NCBI GenBank assembly: GCA_963728205.1
Contig: CAVSIV010000006.1
Location: forward strand, 256,001 to 320,000
Direction of reading: 5' to 3'
Source: an uncultured Chloroflexia bacterium
Lineage (GTDB): Bacteria; Chloroflexota; Dehalococcoidia; UBA2979
DNA: 64,000 bases
How positions within the stretch are numbered: the stretch's first letter is position 1; each line of letters starts with the position of its first letter. A program made the translations under genes and the position numbers. The notes below the pieces were generated by a model, which was given only the letters and a program-made list of their open reading frames with translations, did no database searches and was not told the origin of the DNA. This document shows, piece after piece, positions 57,985 to 64,000 of the stretch.

Positions 57985-58702
57985 GAGCGGCAGGCGCAGT
58001 CCGTCCGGTCCGAGCGTGTCCACTGGGTTGGTCGGCGCGCCGTCGGGCGCGTGTACCCGTTGTCGCGCCGGGCGCATTGCTTCGCGTGCGGTGCCCGCGT
58101 CGCCGGTGACACCGGCGGGCAGTTGAACCGCCGACGGATGCGCCACGCGCGCTGGCACGTGCGACGGCTGGCGCTCGCACCACGCCCACGTGCTAGAGGC
58201 GCAACTGGGTACCTTCCTTGGGGCCCGTGTGTCGCTGCCGGACGATTGCCAGGCCGCCGTGCTGGCGCTCGCTGGGCGGCCTGTGGAAGCCAGCACCGAG
58301 CACACGCAGCGCCGAACGGCGATCACCCGCGCGATGGAAGCGTTACGCAAGCAACACACGTGGGGCGACCTGACCGACGAGGCGTACCGCGTGCAGCGGC
58401 AGCAGTTGCAGCGCGACCTCGACGATGTGCCCCGTGACCAAGCGGCACCGCTCGCGCTGCCCGACTACGCGCGCTCGGCCGCGTTCCTCCGCGATTTCGG
58501 CAGGCTGTGGGACGCCCAGTCCGACGAGAACCGCAAGGCGTTCATCGACGAGGTGTTCGAGGAAGTCCAGATCGATGAAGTCGGCATCCGCGCGGTCAAA
58601 CCCGCCGAGGGCTACATGCCGCTGTTCGCCGTCGCAACGTGGGGGGATAGCCAACGGGAGAGCCCGGTCTCCCGCTCCAGATCTCTCATTTCTCGCCGCT
58701 GA
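57985..58702 (+). pseudogene. C-terminal remnant of a large serine recombinase (zinc ribbon plus coiled coil)
   Basis: YPLSRRAHCFACG, frameshift near 58150, then coiled coil GDLTDEAY and NRKAFIDEVFEEVQID. No catalytic N-domain. Confidence 0.7.
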
Positions 58703-58915
58703 GAGATCCCCGTACAGATTCAGCAATCTCCAAATCCTGCACGCCCGCGCGCACGGCGGCGGCGTCGCCAGGCCGGCTCAGAGCCGGCAAGCGACCCACT
58801 GCCTGCCCCGCTACCGAGATCACGCCGGGGTCACGCTCGGTTCACGACCGCTTCACACAGAGGTCACGGCGAGATCACGCGAAGTTGATCCGCCGGGCCG
58901 GAGCGGAGCACGGTC

Positions 58916-59923
58916 ATGGCGAAAGGCGAGAGCCGGACGGCGCAGCGCTGGAGGCGAGGGATGGAGCAGCTGACGCTCGCCGACCTCATCGGCTACTGGG
59001 CGTTCCACAACCGGACCGAGGGCAAGTCGGCCAACACGGTCGCCTGGTACGACGCGCAGCTCGGGACGTTCGAGCGCTTCCTCGCCGCCCGGGAAGCGTC
59101 GACGCTCATCGCCGACGTCGCCGAGCCGGAGGTGCGCGCGTACATCGAGTACCTCCAGCAGAAGCGCAAGTGGGACGACACCGACCGCTGCCCGACGTCG
59201 GATGCGGGGCTCTCGCCCGGCGGCATCCAGAACCGCGTGCGCGCGCTCAAGCCGTTCTTCAACTGGCTCCACCGCGAGGGCTACACGAAGACCTACCGCC
59301 TCGAACACCTCGCGAACTACAAGATCCCGAGCCGTGTCGTGGACGTGCTCTCCGAGGCGGAGATCCGCCGCGTGCTGCGCGTCTGCGACCCGAAGACGGC
59401 CTGGGGCGCCCGCGCCAACGCGATCCTCACGCTGATGCTGGACGCCGGGCTGCGCATCAGCGAGGTCACCGGGCTGCGCACGGCGGACCTGAACCTCGAG
59501 GCCGGCCGGCTCAAGGTGCTGGGCAAGGGCAGCAAGGAGCGCATCGTGCCCATCGGGGCGGCCGCGCAGCGCGCGCTCTGGCGTTACGCGCACCACCACC
59601 GGCCCGAGCCGCTCGGACCCGACGTGTACTTCTTCCTGACCATGGACGGGCGGCCGCTGGGCCGCAGCGGCCTCACCTCGACCATCAAGCGCGTGGCGCA
59701 GAGCTCAGGGGTCGTGCGACTGCACCCGCGCCTCTGCCGGCACACCTTCGCGACGCGCTACCTGATGAACGGCGGCGACGTGTTCAGCCTGCAACAGATC
59801 CTCGGGCACACGACGCTCGAGATGGTGCGGCGTTATGTGAACCTCGCGTCGGCGCATGTGGCGGTACAGCACCGCAAGTTCTCGCCGATGGATCAGATCG
59901 CCGGCGGCGTCAGGGGCACGTGA
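58916..59923 (+). CDS. Tyrosine recombinase/integrase
   Basis: GKSANTVAWY, DAGLRISE, GKGSKERIVP, HPRLCRHTFAT, ILGH, RRYV. Confidence 0.95.
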   Translation: MAKGESRTAQRWRRGMEQLTLADLIGYWAFHNRTEGKSANTVAWYDAQLGTFERFLAAREASTLIADVAEPEVRAYIEYLQQKRKWDDTDRCPTSDAGLSPGGIQNRVRALKPFFNWLHREGYTKTYRLEHLANYKIPSRVVDVLSEAEIRRVLRVCDPKTAWGARANAILTLMLDAGLRISEVTGLRTADLNLEAGRLKVLGKGSKERIVPIGAAAQRALWRYAHHHRPEPLGPDVYFFLTMDGRPLGRSGLTSTIKRVAQSSGVVRLHPRLCRHTFATRYLMNGGDVFSLQQILGHTTLEMVRRYVNLASAHVAVQHRKFSPMDQIAGGVRGT

Positions 59924-60177
59924 GCCCACGCCCGAACGGCGAGTTCGCTGCGAGGAGCGCGCGAAGCAACGAGTCCTGCTCAGCCTGGTTGGCTCGCCGA
60001 CGTATCCTCACGCGCGCGGCCCAGGACAACCGCACTCGGACCTCGCGGATGCGAGCACAAACGCCCACCGTGGGGCTCGGACAGGGTCAGCAGCGCCTGT
60101 CGACCCCCGCGCTGGGCGGCGCGCTTCAGGATTTGGCTATCGGGGCGGGACACGTTGCGGCGGGAGGAGCGTCAGAA

Positions 60178-60967
60178 GTGCTCTTCGCTGAGATCGAGGA
60201 GAGGCGCAACTACGGAGCGCGGCAGAGTTCGCACGGCCAGACTCCGTTCTTCCGCGTCAGGGTGCTCGAGAAGGTCCGCCGACCGGGCGGCAATCACGTC
60301 AAGGTGCGTCACCTGGATGAACCGCATCCGGACTCGAGGAGTACCTCAAACCCGCTCAGATCGTTGCGCCGTGGGCGGACGTTCCAGCGATCGTGCGGGA
60401 CGAGCAGCGCCTGCAGCGACTGTCAGAGTCGATCAGCAAGCTCCCCAGACCGGACCGTTCAGCGGGCAGTCGAGACGATCTTCGAGGCCGCCGGCGACCA
60501 GTCGGTCTGGTGCCGCCCCAGCGGGATCGTCGAGTGCAATCCAGACTCTCTGCAGCACATCGCCGATCGTGCCAGGGTCGACGAAGGTGTCACGCGTCTC
60601 GCGCCGCATGCGTTCGTGGATCGACGGGGCAAGCTGCATCTCCCGTTCGCGGCCGTCGAGCAGCTGGCGCGACTGTTCGCGGCCGCCGAGCCAGAGACCG
60701 TTGGGCTGTACATCGACGGATGCGAGGAATCCTCGTTCGCGCGGGCGGGCGCGGTCCACGCGGACTTCGACCGCGACTGGTATCTGACCGAGGAGAAGCC
60801 CGGCTGGGAACTGGCAAGGCAGTGGACCGGCTCGAAGCAACAGGTCTCCGCACTCGAACGGGAGAACCGACGGCTCCGTGGTCTCGTCGAGCTTGCGCGT
60901 GCGTCTGCTCCTTGAAGCGGGCGCCGACCTCAAGGCTGCGCAGCTCCAGCGCGCCCTCTACGGTTGA
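60178..60967 (+). pseudogene. Hypothetical mobile-element protein with about three frameshifts
   Basis: GTG with GGGAGGAG RBS. Protein-like reading switches frame near 60330 (LEEYLKPAQIVAPW), 60447 and 60897 (AAQLQRALYG*). Confidence 0.55.
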
Positions 60968-61396
60968 CGGGAGTCGAACCTACCCGGGACTACGACGTAG
61001 TCCCGCAACGGTTTTGAAGATGGCCGAAGGGGTGATCGCGCGTGATCTCGCGTGCGGTCCAGTGCCCTGCCGAACCTGTTGGAGGGTCTCGCTGTCCCGC
61101 CCGGTCTCGTGCCGTGATCGCCGATCTCGCGGCGTTCGGCGGCAAAATGGCGGCAATTGTTCAGGCTCGGGGGCGCTGTCCCTACTTTTCGAGATCCGGC
61201 GCGGTCGAGGCCACCGCTCAGCGTCCCGCGTGCGGCGGATGCGGGTCTGTCGAGGATCGTCCTGCTTCATCGCCGCCTGCCTCACCACGGCCCGCCACGT
61301 CCCGCCCCGTGCGCTCCCGTCCCTATCGGTAATCCTTCGTCGCGACAGCCCGGCAAGCGCTGGACTTGTAGTCCACCGCCAGGTGGCCACGGGTCA

Positions 61397-61678
61397 TCAC
61401 GAAGACGCTCGGACGCTCACACGTGCCGCGAGGTGACGCTGCTGAACGGCGCGTTCGAAGAGTGCGAGCGCGGGGCCGGACGAACCCGAAATCACCAACG
61501 TGTCGAATCTGGCGAGGGCCTCGTCCAGCAACGCGTCGGCGAACGCCGGGCCGACCGCGATCACCCCGCTGAGGTCCAGTTCCAGCAACTCGCCGCTCTC
61601 GAGGCCGCGGACGATCGCTGCCGCTCGCTCGCGCGTCGCGAACGAGCTTCCGTGCTCCGACATGCGCAGGTTCGTCAT
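61397..61678 (-). CDS. STAS-like (DUF4325) protein
   Basis: FATRERAAAI, LDLSGVIAVGPAFADALL. Confidence 0.75.
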   Translation of the reverse strand: MTNLRMSEHGSSFATRERAAAIVRGLESGELLELDLSGVIAVGPAFADALLDEALARFDTLVISGSSGPALALFERAVQQRHLAARVSVRASS

Positions 61679-61999
61679 CGGGCTGTCGGTCTCCGCGCCC
61701 TCGCCCGGCCGCCACCGCGAGGACGATATGGACGGCCCGTTACGAAGGTGCAACGGCTGGGCGGCCGTGCGTTGCGAAGCTCTTACGCGTCACGGTCGTG
61801 CGCGATCGGACCACACCAACCCGAACTCGTTGACCGTTACCTGCGCGGGCGCACGTGCGACTGCGCCGATCATGATCGGTCGGCTGATCAGTGACCGGAG
61901 CGGGCGGTGAGTCGCACGACCGGGGTTCCGGGACTAGCCTGTGCGTCAGCGACTCCTCCAGCACTCTGCCGGGCCGGCGGCTGGAAGCGGAACCGCCTC

Positions 62000-63296
62000 T
62001 TGCTCCCCGGACATGAACCGCCCTTGCGGGTGCTCGTCGTCGAAGATTCGCCCGAGTTGCGGGACATCCTCGCGCTGGCGCTGACCTTCGAGGACTTCCA
62101 CGCGGTCCCCGCCGCCACGGCCGAGGACGCCCTGCGGGTGCTGCAGGCGGCGCGGTTCGATTTCGCCGTGATCGACGAGCACCTGCCGCTCATGCAGGGC
62201 CATGAGCTCGTGCAGACGATCCGCGCGGCGCCGCAGTGGCGCGCGATGGGCCTCATCGCGCTCACCGGAGACGGCGCCCCGCAGACGGCACTCGACCTGC
62301 TCCTGGCTGGGTGCGACGCGTTCATCACCAAGCCCGCCCCGCTGGACGACCTCCGCTCCGTCCTCCGAAGCCTGGCCCTGGGCCGTACCGCGGAGCCGAC
62401 TCACACAACGGACACCGAGCGAACATCGGAGGCAGGGGAAGTGGCCCCGGAGCTGAACCGGATCGTCCACGAGGTGGTGACCGCGCACCCGGCGCTCGGC
62501 CGTCTGCCGGAGGTCCTGGCGATCCACGGGGACGCGCCGGATGCCGACGGCCAACTGGAGCGCTACCTCCTGTCGGCGGATCGCGGGCTCGTGGTGCGCC
62601 TCTACCGCGCCTTCGGCATGCCGCTCCCGCCGCCGCCCGTCTCGCTGGGCCGCGCCATTCAGGAGATCGGATGGCGTCCGGTGCACTCTGCCGCGGTCGC
62701 GACGGCGGTCGCGCGCGAGCTCGGGCGCGATCCGCTGCACGTCCTCAACGGCCCCGCGTTCTGGCGGAACGCCGCGGCGGTCGGCGTGCTCGCGGTGCTG
62801 ACCGCCACCGCCGACGGAACCTTCCATGACGAGGCGTTCGCCGCCGGCTTCCTCCACCGGCTCGGCCTGCTGCTGCTCGACCAGCACGCCCCGAAGACGC
62901 TCGCCGGCGCCATCGAACGGGCGCGCCGCGACCGCCTCCCGCTCGAGCGCGCCGTCGCGGACGAGGCGGGGTTCTCGCTCGCCGAGCTCCGCCGGCGCCA
63001 CCGCGCTTCGTTGGCGACTGCCAGACTGGCTCGTGGACGCGTGCGCCTATCCTGCGTCGATGGACGACGCCCAGCAGGCGCCGCGGGCGCTGCCGAGCCT
63101 CGTGGTGCGCTCGCGTCTCGCCGCCGCGACGCGCGGGTTCGCGGAGGAGGTCGACCCAGGCGAGCCGCTCGAGTCGAACCTCACGTGGATCGTGGAGCGC
63201 CCGCTGCTGGCGTTGGACCGCGTGGGCGGCGAAGCCTGGTTGGAACGGCGCGTGGACGCCGTGCTCTCCGTCTCGATCTTCGATCATGGTCGCTGA
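62000..63296 (+). pseudogene. Receiver plus HDOD-domain protein with +1 frameshift near 62990; start uncertain
   Basis: VLVVED, VIDEHLP, ALTG, FITKP; HDOD-like DRGLVVRL, FWRNA, AFAAGFLHRLG, then WRLPDWLVDA in the shifted frame. Confidence 0.75.
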
Positions 63297-63369
63297 CGCC
63301 CTCGCCGATGACCTGCGGGACGACCACGGAGCTCAGGTACCCCGGGCGGAGCCCAGCCGCGGTCGCAGG

Positions 63370-63514
63370 CGTCCCTGCGGTCTTCTCCGTGCTGATGGTT
63401 GCTGTGTTTGGCGGAGCGGTGGCCGCGTTGACGCTGGCGTTCGTGAGCCGCCGTGGCGGCGCGATCCCCTACGGGCCGTTCTTCGCGGCCGGCGCGCTGC
63501 TCGCTATGTGGTGA
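63370..63514 (+). pseudogene. C-terminal fragment of type IV prepilin peptidase (PilD-like)
   Basis: AVFGGAVAAL...AIPYGPFFAAGALL. Confidence 0.55.
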
Positions 63515-63706
63515 GGGTTCAGGAGCGGGAGTGACGCTGTCTGCTGGAGCCACCTAACAGCATGTCTGTTTGTTCGTGCGCAGCGAGGCGCTCGACCTCG
63601 CGATCTAGGGCATCTACGCCTTGCCGGACCCTAGAGTTGAGCGTCGCGAGAGGCGGTCTTCGAGTAAAATTCGAAACCCGAGGAACGCGAACTGGCGTCA
63701 GATTGA

Positions 63707-64000
63707 TCGAGTGCTGAATCTCCGCTCTGGAAGGTCGAGCTGGAGGCGACCCTCGACGGCGGGACCGCGTGGAGCACGACGGCGCTCCCCACGGACCTGC
63801 CGCGTATCGACGCGTGGTCGTTCATCAGCCCCACGGACGGGTGGATGCTCGTCGGCGACAACGCTTCGGGTGATGCCCTGCGGCTCATCCACACCGGGGA
63901 CGGCGGCCGGCACTGGGTGACCGCGACGGCGTCCGCCCCGCCACGCGACGGAGAGACGGGCCGCATGTACGTGGGCGACATGGTCTTCGCAAGTGCGCGA
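63707..64000 (+). pseudogene. BNR/Asp-box beta-propeller protein fragment, running off the window
   Basis: TLDGGTAW, FISPTDGW, HTGDGGRHW; in-frame stop at 63704 and no evident start. Confidence 0.55.

Larger units (their letters stand above)
54520..64000. mobile_element. Genomic island starting at the tRNA-Lys fragment; right end not identified
   Basis: Visible GC drop and non-host codon usage at 54.6-58 kb and 60-62 kb; integrase, recombinase remnant, defence gene and many gene fragments. Confidence 0.75.

Noticed and set aside
58885-60915. 676-aa integrase fusion ORF
   Set aside because: Off-frame over the integrase; only the part from 60178 is protein-like and has its own RBS.

Overview
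GC-rich bacterial chromosomal segment. The gene repertoire (DUF3090, several CaiB/BaiF CoA-transferases, amidases, acyl-CoA dehydrogenases, a Dehalococcoides-like integrase) suggests Chloroflexota/Dehalococcoidia, but this is inference only. Bases 1-54.4 kb are mostly intact housekeeping, catabolic and signalling genes: ilvD, USP, murB, a DUF62 SAM hydrolase, family-5 UDG, corA, mscL, a K+ channel, a VWA/PKD surface protein, two GGDEF-EAL proteins, PilZ, a VapBC-type TA pair, a Dpp/Opp ABC importer and a four-gene ABC exporter. From 54.5 kb, a half tRNA-Lys(UUU) marks the edge of a lower-GC, indel-rich island. It carries a Shedu (DUF4263) nuclease, a serine-recombinase remnant, a tyrosine integrase, a STAS-like gene and a REC-HDOD gene. 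Main non-obvious signals: (1) three promoters share an identical GlnR-like 11-bp-periodic box array and -10 geometry, linking an atypical asparaginase-fold enzyme, a Dpp transporter and an amidase with its small partner into a probable nitrogen-scavenging regulon; (2) a sigma28-type promoter plus c-di-GMP-I riboswitch precedes a secreted low-complexity repeat protein next to a GGDEF-EAL gene; (3) three families of REP-like palindromes occur, one pair enclosing a ~22-unit tandem array; (4) the antitoxin appears to be an XRE-HTH/VapB-tail chimera. All calls come from reading motifs by eye; no database searches were run.
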